A DNA stretch of 64,000 nucleotides from Candidatus Binatia bacterium (GTDB lineage Bacteria; Desulfobacterota; Binatia; Bin18). The first letter of the stretch is position 1. The number at the start of each line of letters is the position of its first letter. The translations under genes were made by a program, and so were the position numbers. Positions 18,507-27,444 of the stretch are shown here, piece after piece. Under the pieces are notes generated by a model. That model saw only the letters and a list, made by a program, of their open reading frames with translations, had not been told where the DNA came from and did not search any database. The DNA lies in the NCBI GenBank assembly GCA_963664395.2, contig OY761159.2, forward strand, positions 2,304,001 through 2,368,000, given 5' to 3'.

Positions 18507-19917
18507 GCCCAAGTCCGGCCCGGATAAGCCCGGCCCGGAGAAGTCCGTCTATCTGGTGAATCTGGGCTGTCCCAAAAATCTGGTGGATGGCGAGGTCATG
18601 CTTGGACTGTTGGCGGCCACCGGCTATACGCTGAGCCTCGACCCGGAACAGGCCGAGATCCTGATGGTCAATACGTGCAGCTTTATTAACGAGGCAAAGG
18701 AGGAGTCGATTGAGACGATCTTGGACCTCGCCGCCTATAAAGCGCAGGACACCGAGAAACAGCTCATTGTGACTGGTTGTTTAGCCCAGCGGTATGGCCA
18801 AGAGCTGCGAGAAGTATTGCCCGAAGTTGACGTTTTTGTGGGAACGGGAGAGTTTCTTCGGATCACCGAGATCTTAGAACAGAAGCGTCGCCGGCTTGAT
18901 GGTCCCACCACATATATAGGGGCTTCCCATGTACTGCCGGATCATACCGTCCCGCGTATTCCAACAACATGCTTTTACTCCGCCTATCTCAAGGTCGCTG
19001 AGGGATGCAATCACAAATGCGCCTTTTGTATCATTCCGAAAATTCGCGGCTTACAGGAAAGTCGGCCTATCGCTTCTCTGGTGGCTGAAGCCAAAGGGCT
19101 GGTTGCGCAAGGAGTGAGAGAAATCAATCTCATTGCGCAGGATTTGACCGCGTACGGACGAGAGCGGCGTGACGGGACGACCCTGTTGGCCCTCCTGAAA
19201 GCCTTGCGTGGGGTGGAGGGTCTGGACTGGATGCGCTTGCTGTACTGCTATCCGAATTACCTCGACGACCACTTGTTGGGCTTTATGGCCGAAGAGGATA
19301 CGGTCTGTTCCTATATTGATATGCCACTCCAGCACATCAGCGACCGGATGTTGAGGCGGATGAAGCGTGAGAAAAGTGGAGACGGCCTTCGACGTTTGCT
19401 GGACCGCATTCGGACCGCTATTCCCGGCGTGGTCTTACGCTCGTCTTTTATTGTTGGCTTCCCTGGTGAGCAAGAGGACGATTTTCAACAACTCTGTGCT
19501 TTCGTGACTGAAGCGGCGCTCGATCACGTGGGCGTGTTTCGCTATTCCCAGGAAGAAGGCACAACCGCGGGCACAATGACCGACCAGGTCAGCGAAGAGA
19601 TCAAAGAAGACCGCTGGCACAGGTTGATGGCCTGCCAGGCCGAGGTCGTGCATAAAAAAAATAGTACGCTGGTGGGGGCGGAGCGCCCAGTATTAGTCTG
19701 TGGCCAGGACGATCACGGCCGCTGGTGGGGGCGGACCCAAGGCCAGGCCCCGGATATCGATGGAATCGTCTTCCTGGAACACTGTCAGACTGACATAGGC
19801 GCCATTGTGCCAGCCCGGATTACCGGTGTATCCGGGTACGATATGCGGGCTGTGTGTCTCCCTGAACGGCCGATTCAACATCTATCAGCTATTGACTTGG
19901 GAGACGTTTCTTCCTAG
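18496..19917 (+). CDS. rimO: Ribosomal protein S12 methylthiotransferase RimO
   Basis: LGCPKNLVD, NTCSFI, GCNHKCAFCIIP radical-SAM motif, APDIDG in TRAM domain. Confidence 0.96.
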   Translation: MTIKPKSGPDKPGPEKSVYLVNLGCPKNLVDGEVMLGLLAATGYTLSLDPEQAEILMVNTCSFINEAKEESIETILDLAAYKAQDTEKQLIVTGCLAQRYGQELREVLPEVDVFVGTGEFLRITEILEQKRRRLDGPTTYIGASHVLPDHTVPRIPTTCFYSAYLKVAEGCNHKCAFCIIPKIRGLQESRPIASLVAEAKGLVAQGVREINLIAQDLTAYGRERRDGTTLLALLKALRGVEGLDWMRLLYCYPNYLDDHLLGFMAEEDTVCSYIDMPLQHISDRMLRRMKREKSGDGLRRLLDRIRTAIPGVVLRSSFIVGFPGEQEDDFQQLCAFVTEAALDHVGVFRYSQEEGTTAGTMTDQVSEEIKEDRWHRLMACQAEVVHKKNSTLVGAERPVLVCGQDDHGRWWGRTQGQAPDIDGIVFLEHCQTDIGAIVPARITGVSGYDMRAVCLPERPIQHLSAIDLGDVSS

Positions 19918-19920
19918 AAT
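19892..19920 (+). promoter_or_regulatory. Sigma70-type promoter TTGACT-N17-TAGAAT for the dksA-like gene, within the rimO 3' end
   Basis: Near-consensus hexamers with 17-bp spacing. Confidence 0.7.
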
Positions 19921-19963
19921 ACTCCTCTTTTTTTATCCCGACCGTGGTGAGGGGGAAGGTATT

Positions 19964-20383
19964 ATGAGAAAAACGTTCCTCAAAAAAATGTGGACGACGC
20001 TGGCTGGCCAGAAACAACAAATCCTGCGGCAGCTTGGCGAAGAAATCCGAGAAGGAAAAGAGAGCGCGCTGGCCGAAGGGATGGATACCTACGACCTCGC
20101 CAGCGAGGAGCGCGACCGGGAGATCCATTTGCTCCTGAGTGACCGCGACCGGGGTAAACTGCAAGCCGTAGAAAATGCACTTGATCGGATCGAAGAGGGT
20201 GAATACGGAATTTGCGAAGATTGCGAAGAAGAGATTGCCCAAGCGCGGCTCGAAGCATTGCCGTTCACCAGGCTCTGTGTTGCCTGCCAAGAGGGACGCG
20301 AAAAGGAAGCTCGCTTTCAGCGCCGTATTGATGACGAGGGTGGACCCGGTCGGTCAAATCTCGTCGATCTTGACGACGGGTAA
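19964..20383 (+). CDS. DksA/TraR C4-type zinc finger protein
   Basis: DTYDLAS coiled-coil tip, YGICEDCEEEIAQARLEALPFTRLCVACQ. Confidence 0.92.
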   Translation: MRKTFLKKMWTTLAGQKQQILRQLGEEIREGKESALAEGMDTYDLASEERDREIHLLLSDRDRGKLQAVENALDRIEEGEYGICEDCEEEIAQARLEALPFTRLCVACQEGREKEARFQRRIDDEGGPGRSNLVDLDDG

Positions 20384-20460
20384 GATCATCTCCCCCCCTT
20401 TCCTCGGTTCATTCCGGTTGGCCGCTCAAGGCGCTCTATCTGTCGGACCCCTGGGGTGAG

Positions 20461-21906
20461 ATGCGACCCGACGACCGACATGCTCTTCTCACTGCGCTCT
20501 TTCAGACAGCCATTGATGCGGTCCATCCGCTCCATTTGATCCCGCAGACTGTTGCGATTGAAAATGAGCAGCTGATCGTCCAGCCACGGGACGAGTCCGC
20601 CCGCGCATGTACGCTTGCGCTGAATGGCCGTATCTTCCTGATTGGAGCAGGCAAGGGGGCCGGGAGCATGGCCCAGGCTCTGATGTGTGTGCTCGGTAAG
20701 AGGGGAGTGGGCGGATGCGTCATTATTCCGAGCGAACAATCTGTATCTGCTGTATCTGCTGTATCTGCTGTATCTGCTGTATCTGCTGTATCTGCCAGAC
20801 CTGCCCTGTCTCTGCCTGGAGTGAGGGTGGCGCGAGGGGAACATCCATTGCCCGGACCGGGGAGTCTGGCCGGCGCCCACATGCTGCTGGCCAGTCTCTC
20901 TCAACTCCGGCCCCACGATATCGTGCTCTTCTGCCTGACCGGAGGAGCCTCCAGTCTCATGGTCAGCCCCGCGGTCGGGCTGACACTTGCCGACAAGACA
21001 GCCACCAATGCCGTTTTATTGGAATGCGGGGCAGACATCCTCGCACTGAACACTGTGCGCAAGCATATATCCCAGGTGAAAGGTGGCTGGCTCGCGCACC
21101 ACGCTCAGCCGGCGACTGTGGTCAGTCTGATTCTCTCGGACGTGATTGGTGACGATGTGAGTGTGATCGGCTCGGGCCCTACCGTGCCTGATCCGACGAC
21201 GTTTAGGGATGCATGGCGGGTTGTGGAGCAGTACGACATCGAAACGCAGCTCCCCCAGTCCGTGTGTACCCATCTGCGGCAAGGAGCCTGTGGGGCCATA
21301 CCCGAGACGCCAAAACCTGGAGACCCGCTATTTTCTCGCGTCCACAACATTCTGATTGGATCGAATCATCTGGCGTTACAGGCTATACAAGAGGCTGCTG
21401 CGCACCGAGGGTTCCGCTCTCAGTTGATTTCCGAGCCCCTGGCTGGTGACACAACTGTGGCAGGACGTGCATTTGCACACACTCTGCGCGCAGTTCGTCA
21501 ACACTGCTCTGGTCTGACGTGTATCCTGGCGGGTGGCGAGACAACGGTACAGGTAAGAGGAAATGGGAGAGGGGGGCGCAATCAGGAGTTTGCCCTGACT
21601 GTTGCCCAAGAACTTGCAGGAGAAGCCGGGTGGAGCCTGCTGAGTGCGGGAACAGACGGAATAGATGGTCCGACGGATGCCGCCGGAGCCTTTGTGAACG
21701 GACAGACGCTCGATCGAGCCCGTCGAAAAAATCTCAATGCAGCTCAGTTTTTACACAATAATGACACCTATACCTTCTTTTCTGCTCTTGGTGACTTGTT
21801 TAGCCCAGGGGCGACGGGAACAAACGTGATGGACCTTAAAATTGCGCTGGTATATCCTCCCGGCGCCGAAGAACGCTACCGCAAAAAAGAAAAGGGTAGG
21901 GAATAG
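20461..21906 (+). CDS. Glycerate kinase type 2 (MOFRL family)
   Basis: GAGKGA, HPLP, GGASSL, RKHISQVKGG, SDVIGDD, GGETTV, GGRNQE, GTDGIDG, TGTNVMD. Confidence 0.93.
   Translation: MRPDDRHALLTALFQTAIDAVHPLHLIPQTVAIENEQLIVQPRDESARACTLALNGRIFLIGAGKGAGSMAQALMCVLGKRGVGGCVIIPSEQSVSAVSAVSAVSAVSAVSARPALSLPGVRVARGEHPLPGPGSLAGAHMLLASLSQLRPHDIVLFCLTGGASSLMVSPAVGLTLADKTATNAVLLECGADILALNTVRKHISQVKGGWLAHHAQPATVVSLILSDVIGDDVSVIGSGPTVPDPTTFRDAWRVVEQYDIETQLPQSVCTHLRQGACGAIPETPKPGDPLFSRVHNILIGSNHLALQAIQEAAAHRGFRSQLISEPLAGDTTVAGRAFAHTLRAVRQHCSGLTCILAGGETTVQVRGNGRGGRNQEFALTVAQELAGEAGWSLLSAGTDGIDGPTDAAGAFVNGQTLDRARRKNLNAAQFLHNNDTYTFFSALGDLFSPGATGTNVMDLKIALVYPPGAEERYRKKEKGRE
20741..20794 (+). repeat. Perfect 9-bp tandem repeat CTGTATCTG x6, in frame ((VSA)6)
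   Basis: Read directly from sequence. Confidence 0.97.
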
Positions 21907-21909
21907 GTC

Positions 21910-22260
21910 ATGCCTCGCAGCCTGTTGTTACGCGGAGTGGCGGCTTTTAACGCGGGCCGTTTCTTCGAAGCGCATGAAATATGGGAAGCCGTCTGGAATG
22001 ATACGGTCGGCGAAGAGAAACGTTTTGTACAGGGGCTCGTACAGTTGGCTACCGGTTATCTCAAGCTTTCCAGTGGCCTGTATCCAGGCGCTCTCAAGCT
22101 ACTCACGCGCGGCTGCCAGACTCTCAGGACATGTCCGCCAATATATGCCGGCCTCCAGATTGGCGTTTTGTCTGACGCCAGCAACACCGTTGCCCACCAA
22201 TTGGAACAGGGGAGGACCGCTCCAAACATTCAGCCTCCGCAAATCCAAACTGCACCATAA
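21910..22260 (+). CDS. DUF309 domain protein
   Basis: FNAGRFFEAHEIWE..W...QGLVQLA signature. Confidence 0.88.
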   Translation: MPRSLLLRGVAAFNAGRFFEAHEIWEAVWNDTVGEEKRFVQGLVQLATGYLKLSSGLYPGALKLLTRGCQTLRTCPPIYAGLQIGVLSDASNTVAHQLEQGRTAPNIQPPQIQTAP

Positions 22261-22329
22261 GAAGACCTGCCTGTGGCATCTTTCGACCCTTTGTTCTCGT
22301 ATTCTGAATGGACATTCAGTCACTTTTTC

Positions 22330-22350
22330 TTGACAAAACCCAGTTGTCAA
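22330..22350. promoter_or_regulatory. Palindrome TTGACAA-N7-TTGTCAA containing a consensus -35 box, upstream of thrB
   Basis: 7-bp perfect inverted arms. Confidence 0.45.
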
Positions 22351-22404
22351 TAGTATGACTGGACGCATGGACAGCAGGAGGGGGAGTGGAAGGGGCCGAG
22401 CTGT

Positions 22405-23460
22405 ATGTCCGAAGAAATCACCATGGCTGTCTACACTGTCCTTGACCGCAAAACAGTCAACCGTCTCGTTAAAGACTATGGATTTGGGCGTTTGTCAACC
22501 ATTCAGGGAATCTCTGCCGGATCGGTGAACACCCACTATTATCTTGAGTCCGCTAAGGGAAAATTCGTTCTGCGGATTGATGAGGTCAAGAACACAACCG
22601 ACGCGCAACGCGAAATCGACTTCCTGTTGTTTCTACGGAAACATGGCTTTCCATGCCCACGACCGGTTGCCGATAAAAACAGGTTCTATCTACAGCGCTA
22701 CGAGAATAAGGCGGTCTCAATCTATCGTCATCTGTCTGGCAAAGGCTTCTCTACGGCAGCTCTCACAAATGATCATATAGAAAAGATCGGACAGACTCTG
22801 GCCCGGCTCCATATCACTGGCCAGGATTATGATACGCCGATTGGAAACCGGTTTGGTTTCGATCACGTCCGCAGCATCCATCAAAACTTACGCGGACGTA
22901 TTGCTGGCCATCTGAAGCACATAGGGCATGTACTGGATGATGAAATCGCGCATCAGGAAGAATATCGAGCGGAAAAGCTGCCAAAAGGCATGATCCACGG
23001 CGACCTCTTTCCTGACAATGTCCTGTTTCGTGGTGGGAAAGTCGTTGGCATCCTCGACTTTGAAGCCGCCTGTTCGGGTAAATTCATCTCTGACCTGGCA
23101 ACTGCCGTGAACGCCATGTGCTATCACGAAGAACGCTACCACATCGACCGTTTCAATGCCCTGCTTGGTGGTTATCAGTCCGAACGCACGCTTTCGCTCT
23201 CCGAGTGGGATTCCTTTCCGAATGAACTTCGTTTTTCCGCTTTCCGGTTTACCCTTACCCGACTGCGCGATTTTTTCTTTCGCCGCATGGATGAAAGACG
23301 GCGGGTGAACAAAGATTATCGTGAATTCTTTGAACGTCTCAGAATTCTCCGCCGAGAACGGAGCGGGGGTATGGACCGGATGCTGCTCACTATGGCAACG
23401 GGATATGATTACCGAAAGTACCAAAAGGTCCATGCTGAGGAAAAAGGCGTCAACGCCTGA
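22405..23460 (+). CDS. thrB: Homoserine kinase type II (APH/choline kinase fold)
   Basis: MAVYT, GSVNTHY, LARLH, IHGDLFPDNVLF, GILDF. Confidence 0.85.
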   Translation: MSEEITMAVYTVLDRKTVNRLVKDYGFGRLSTIQGISAGSVNTHYYLESAKGKFVLRIDEVKNTTDAQREIDFLLFLRKHGFPCPRPVADKNRFYLQRYENKAVSIYRHLSGKGFSTAALTNDHIEKIGQTLARLHITGQDYDTPIGNRFGFDHVRSIHQNLRGRIAGHLKHIGHVLDDEIAHQEEYRAEKLPKGMIHGDLFPDNVLFRGGKVVGILDFEAACSGKFISDLATAVNAMCYHEERYHIDRFNALLGGYQSERTLSLSEWDSFPNELRFSAFRFTLTRLRDFFFRRMDERRRVNKDYREFFERLRILRRERSGGMDRMLLTMATGYDYRKYQKVHAEEKGVNA

Positions 23461-23530
23461 TTGCAGGCCGCTTGAAGGAAACAGTAGACACCGCGTGCTA
23501 TGACAGCAGTGAAGGGAAATACATACCGCT

Positions 23531-25021
23531 GTGTTCTCAAAGATACTCATTGCAAACAGAGGTGAGATTGCCACCCGTATTGCCCGGACATGTCGCGACA
23601 TGGGTATTGCCACAGTGGCCGTGTACTCAGAGGCCGACCGTTCTTCACCGCATCTGTATGCGGCGGACGAAGCCGTGTGCGTGGGGCCGGCTCAGGCAAG
23701 CGAGAGCTATCTTCACATCGAGGCTATCCTGGCTGCGGCACGCCGGACCGGAGCCGACGCCATCCATCCCGGATATGGCTTTTTATCAGAGAACGCGACA
23801 TTTGCGCGGGCCGTGGATGATGCCGGCCTGACCTTTATCGGTCCTGCTCCAGAGGCCCTGTCTGCGGTCGGGAACAAGATATTTGCTCGCCGGACAGCAG
23901 CTCGGCTGGGCGTTCCGGTTATTCCTGCGCTTGAAAACCCCGCAACTGACCCCGTGGTTCTGCACGAGCAAGTCAAAGCCCTGGGCTATCCTGTGTTGAT
24001 TAAAGCCGCGACGGGTGGTGGCGGAAAAGGCATGCGGATTGTGCATGAGAAAGCTGGACTTGTCGATGCGGTGGCCGCGGCGCAACGCGAAGCCGAAGCG
24101 GCCTTTGCCGAAGGTACAGTCTATGTAGAGCGTTTTCTCGAACGTCCACGCCATGTTGAAGTTCAGATTCTCGGTGATACGGCTGGACACCTTGTCCATC
24201 TTGGTGAGCGGGAGTGTTCCATTCAGCGGCGCTATCAGAAAATAGTCGAAGAGACCCCCTCGCCGGCCGTGTCTGAGTCCATGCGGCAGGAGATGACGAG
24301 TGCGGCGCTCACCGTGGCAAGGGCTGCCGGCTATTACAACGCCGGAACCGTAGAATTCATTCTCGACAACGATGGAAAATTCTATTTTCTCGAAGTGAAC
24401 GCCCGCCTCCAGGTGGAGCATCCGATCACCGAATGGATCACCGGCCTGGATCTGGTGCGGGAACAAATTCGGCTTGCCGCTGGGGAAGCGCTCGGTTTTT
24501 GTCAGGACGAGGTGCAGCGCACCGGCCATGCCATAGAGTGCCGTTTGTATGCGGAAGACGCCGCTCGCGGTTTCCTGCCGTCGCCCGGCCACGTGTTGGC
24601 CTGGCACGCGCCCCAGGGACCTGGGGTCCGAGTCGATTCCGGGGTCGAGTCGCAGACCGAGGTGCCGATATACTACGATCCCATGATCGCGAAGATTTCG
24701 ACCTGGGGAGCGAGTCGTGAACAAGCCCATAGACGCATGGCTGGAGCCCTCCGTCGCACTGCAATTTTGGGACTCACGACCAATTTGCCCTTTTTGATTG
24801 AACTCCTGGACCATCCTGCTCTTGCCGCTGGCGATACCCATACAGGCTTTCTGTCCGAGCATTTTCCGAATTGGCAGCCTGGTGAGAAACCGCATACGCT
24901 TGCTGCTGCTTTGGCGGCCAGCCTGCACCGCAGTCCACATCGCAGTGATGGTGGACAGATCTCTTTGCCGTCGCAGGCCACGCCATGGCTACAGCTTGGC
25001 GGCTGGCGGCTGGGCTCCTGA
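23531..25021 (+). CDS. Biotin carboxylase subunit of an acyl-CoA carboxylase
   Basis: KILIANRGEIA, HPGYGFLSEN, GGGGKGMR, ERECSIQRR, RLQVEHP, YYDPMIAK. Confidence 0.95.
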   Translation: MFSKILIANRGEIATRIARTCRDMGIATVAVYSEADRSSPHLYAADEAVCVGPAQASESYLHIEAILAAARRTGADAIHPGYGFLSENATFARAVDDAGLTFIGPAPEALSAVGNKIFARRTAARLGVPVIPALENPATDPVVLHEQVKALGYPVLIKAATGGGGKGMRIVHEKAGLVDAVAAAQREAEAAFAEGTVYVERFLERPRHVEVQILGDTAGHLVHLGERECSIQRRYQKIVEETPSPAVSESMRQEMTSAALTVARAAGYYNAGTVEFILDNDGKFYFLEVNARLQVEHPITEWITGLDLVREQIRLAAGEALGFCQDEVQRTGHAIECRLYAEDAARGFLPSPGHVLAWHAPQGPGVRVDSGVESQTEVPIYYDPMIAKISTWGASREQAHRRMAGALRRTAILGLTTNLPFLIELLDHPALAAGDTHTGFLSEHFPNWQPGEKPHTLAAALAASLHRSPHRSDGGQISLPSQATPWLQLGGWRLGS

Positions 25022-25036
25022 TCCCCGAATCATTTT

Positions 25037-25573
25037 GTGGTGACCCTCAACCGTATGAAAACCTTACTGTATGCCGCGGGTGAAGAACTGACGCTGGAAT
25101 ACGACCAACACGGCGGTCGTGACGACCTCTACGACGTTGTCTGGAACGGACAGACTCAGCCGGCCCACGTTGTCGCCATCCGAGATGATGCGATTACCTT
25201 CCTCGTCAATGGTCATCCTCTTCATGCGTATGTGGTACGGGATGGTGACCGGAGCCTCATTTCTATTGAGGGACGGACCTACGAATTCAATCACACCCCC
25301 CCCAAGCACGAGCGTGCCCGCCAGCGGGGTACGCGTGGGAACTTTGAGCCTGAGATCCGCTCTCCCATGCCAGGCAAGATTCTCGCTGTCAAAGTCGTCG
25401 AAGGCGAGACCGTAGAAGACGGCCAAACCCTTATTCTGCTTGAAGCTATGAAAATGGAAAATGCGCTGACTGCCGAAGGGCAGGCCCGCGTGGCTAGAAT
25501 TCATGTGGCTGCCGGAGACGTGGTCGAGCTCGACTACGTCCTGGTCGAGCTTGAGCCAATTGAGGCAGAGTAA
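25037..25573 (+). CDS. Biotin carboxyl carrier protein with an N-terminal BT-like domain
   Basis: SPMPGKI, EAMKMEN biotinylation motif. Confidence 0.92.
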   Translation: MVTLNRMKTLLYAAGEELTLEYDQHGGRDDLYDVVWNGQTQPAHVVAIRDDAITFLVNGHPLHAYVVRDGDRSLISIEGRTYEFNHTPPKHERARQRGTRGNFEPEIRSPMPGKILAVKVVEGETVEDGQTLILLEAMKMENALTAEGQARVARIHVAAGDVVELDYVLVELEPIEAE

Positions 25574-25589
25574 AAGAAGACACATAAGA

Positions 25590-25615
25590 GGACAGCCACT
25601 CAGGGCTGCCTCTAC
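25590..25615 (-). repeat. GTAG-type REP-like palindrome (GTAG-AGGCAGCC-CTGAGT-GGCTGTCC)
   Basis: GTAG tetranucleotide followed by a GC-rich hairpin, between convergent genes. Confidence 0.5.
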
Positions 25616-25636
25616 AATGCGCTATGAGCCGGCTAC

Positions 25637-26551
25637 TCAGCCGAGCCGGGAACCCACCTGAATCCCACTTTGACCGGCGAGTTCATCGGCTGCTATTTTG
25701 CCGCTCTCGCCGCGTATCTTTTTGGCCACCACAGTGCCACCGTTCAGGGCAATACTGACAGTCCCACTCCCAATAGCGACCACTTGTCCCGGCGTTGCTG
25801 ATCCGCCAGTCTGCTGCAGGCTACAATCATACAAGCGAATTTTTTGCCCTTGCCATGTTGTCGATGCGCCGGGCTGGGGGTCGCAACCGCGCATATGATC
25901 AAAGACTGCTTGCGCCGGCTGAGACCAGTCAATGCCGGAGTGCTCATCCCGACAGAGCGGATCGTAATTGGCTTGGGATTCATCTTGGACAATGCGAGGC
26001 GGATTGCCGGCTTGAATCAGATCAATCGCTTCACCAGCGGCCTCGATACCGAGTGGGAAGAGTTTGTTGAAGTACAGTGTTCCAGTAGTATCTTCCGGGC
26101 CAATTTCGACTTCTTTTTGGATCAGCAGAGGGCCGGTATCAATGCCTTCGTCTACCCAGAACCAGGAGATGCCGGTCTTTTTCTCACCATTGATCAGTGT
26201 CCAGTTAATAGCGCTCCCACCGCGATATTTGGGTAAGAGCGAAGGGTGAAAACAAATACTGCCGAGTGTGGGCGCCTTGAACACTGGGGGCGGGACAATT
26301 TGGGTCACAAATGCCAATACCGCAAGGTCAACGTTGAGTTCTTGAAATTTCTCCAAGACCTCAGTGCCCTTCATTGAGCGGTGTTGATAAACGGGAATGT
26401 CGAGTTCCACTGCTCGCTTTTTGACAGGATCAAACTTTCCTTCGACTCTATCCGGCGGACAGAACACCGCTAGGACCTCCTCGCCTCTGTCGCGGAGCTT
26501 ATCGAGCGTTTTTTCCGCAAACGCGGCTTGGCCAATGAGAATAATACGCAT
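25637..26551 (-). CDS. Formyltransferase family protein (FMT core), ALDH1L1 N-terminal-domain-like
   Basis: IGQAAF, HPSLLPKYRGGSAINWTL, FWVDEGIDTG, TLYFNKLFPLG. Confidence 0.85.
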   Translation of the reverse strand: MRIILIGQAAFAEKTLDKLRDRGEEVLAVFCPPDRVEGKFDPVKKRAVELDIPVYQHRSMKGTEVLEKFQELNVDLAVLAFVTQIVPPPVFKAPTLGSICFHPSLLPKYRGGSAINWTLINGEKKTGISWFWVDEGIDTGPLLIQKEVEIGPEDTTGTLYFNKLFPLGIEAAGEAIDLIQAGNPPRIVQDESQANYDPLCRDEHSGIDWSQPAQAVFDHMRGCDPQPGASTTWQGQKIRLYDCSLQQTGGSATPGQVVAIGSGTVSIALNGGTVVAKKIRGESGKIAADELAGQSGIQVGSRLG

Positions 26552-26598
26552 GTGTGTTCTCCCTTCCTGTCGTATGGGTGTCTGTTCGCTGGGTGTTT

Positions 26599-27333
26599 TT
26601 AGTGTGGCGAAAACAAGTCCGTGAGCACGCGGCTCAGCTTCTGACCCATTGCTGCAATACCCGTCCTGTCCAACAATAAGCCATTATTCATTTCGATTTC
26701 GAGATAGACGAGATTATGGCGCTCGCCATGACTCCGGGCGCTAAAGATGAGACCATCATAACCAGAGTAGGGCTCGTTATATCGCACACGATAGCCGGCA
26801 TGACTCAGGCGTTGTCCGAACTCCTGAGCAAGGTCTTCGTAGTGGTCAAATAAGATACCTGAATCAAACGATCTTTTCTTCTTACCCAGGACAGGAGTAA
26901 AGCTGTGAACGCTGAGTAGAAAAACAGGCTGGGGTGCTTTTTGCGTCAGAACGTGGTCAATAGCAGCATGATAGGGCTGGTAGCATTGCGTAATGCGTTG
27001 CTGTTGGTCCGCTTCAGTCAGATTCTCATTGGCAGGAACACACGTTCCATCGCTCTCAGGAATAATGAGATCATCGTCTGACAGGTCACGGTTACAGTCA
27101 ATTAAGAGGCGTGAGTATTGAGATAAAATAGCTGTAGAATCAACATGTTGTATGATTTCTTGAACAACTGCTCGCGCACCGATATCCCAGCCTATATGCC
27201 GCCGTAACTCGTCGGGAGTAATCCCTAAGGTCTCGTATTCAGGGGGGAGCGCGTACGAGGCGTGTTCACAGGTGAGCACCACTGGAAAGGTGCCATTCGG
27301 GTTGAGAATTGTGAAGGAGGACTCTGCGCTCAC
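26599..27333 (-). CDS. N-formylglutamate amidohydrolase family protein
   Basis: LTCEHAS, HIGWDIGA, SRLLIDCNR, YQPYH, SVHSFTP, NEPY; start GTG. Confidence 0.9.
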   Translation of the reverse strand: MSAESSFTILNPNGTFPVVLTCEHASYALPPEYETLGITPDELRRHIGWDIGARAVVQEIIQHVDSTAILSQYSRLLIDCNRDLSDDDLIIPESDGTCVPANENLTEADQQQRITQCYQPYHAAIDHVLTQKAPQPVFLLSVHSFTPVLGKKKRSFDSGILFDHYEDLAQEFGQRLSHAGYRVRYNEPYSGYDGLIFSARSHGERHNLVYLEIEMNNGLLLDRTGIAAMGQKLSRVLTDLFSPH

Positions 27334-27368
27334 GTCGAATTTTCCTGCAAGTCAATTTTATAACTCTG

Positions 27369-27408
27369 TTGACAAACGAATGGGATTTAAATTAGAACAA
27401 TTTTTCTA
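27369..27408 (+). promoter_or_regulatory. TTGACA -35 box plus near-perfect palindrome TAGAACAATTTTTCTA (candidate IclR operator)
   Basis: AT-rich divergent intergenic region; 16-bp palindrome at 27393-27408 with one mismatched pair. Confidence 0.5.
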
Positions 27409-27444
27409 TTAGCAAGTGTCCTCGTTTCCAACTAAGGAGATATC

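Noticed and set aside
23786-24940. 384-aa minus-strand ORF, and similar long antisense ORFs at 3485-4465, 9027-9860, 10765-11727, 16668-17420, 22888-23613 and 38558-39448
   Set aside because: Shadow frames of well-supported genes on the other strand; no recognisable motifs.
25637-26551. Assigning the symbol fmt
   Set aside because: It lacks the typical Fmt N-terminal GTP(D/E)F motif and def linkage; it appears closer to the ALDH1L1-N-like group.
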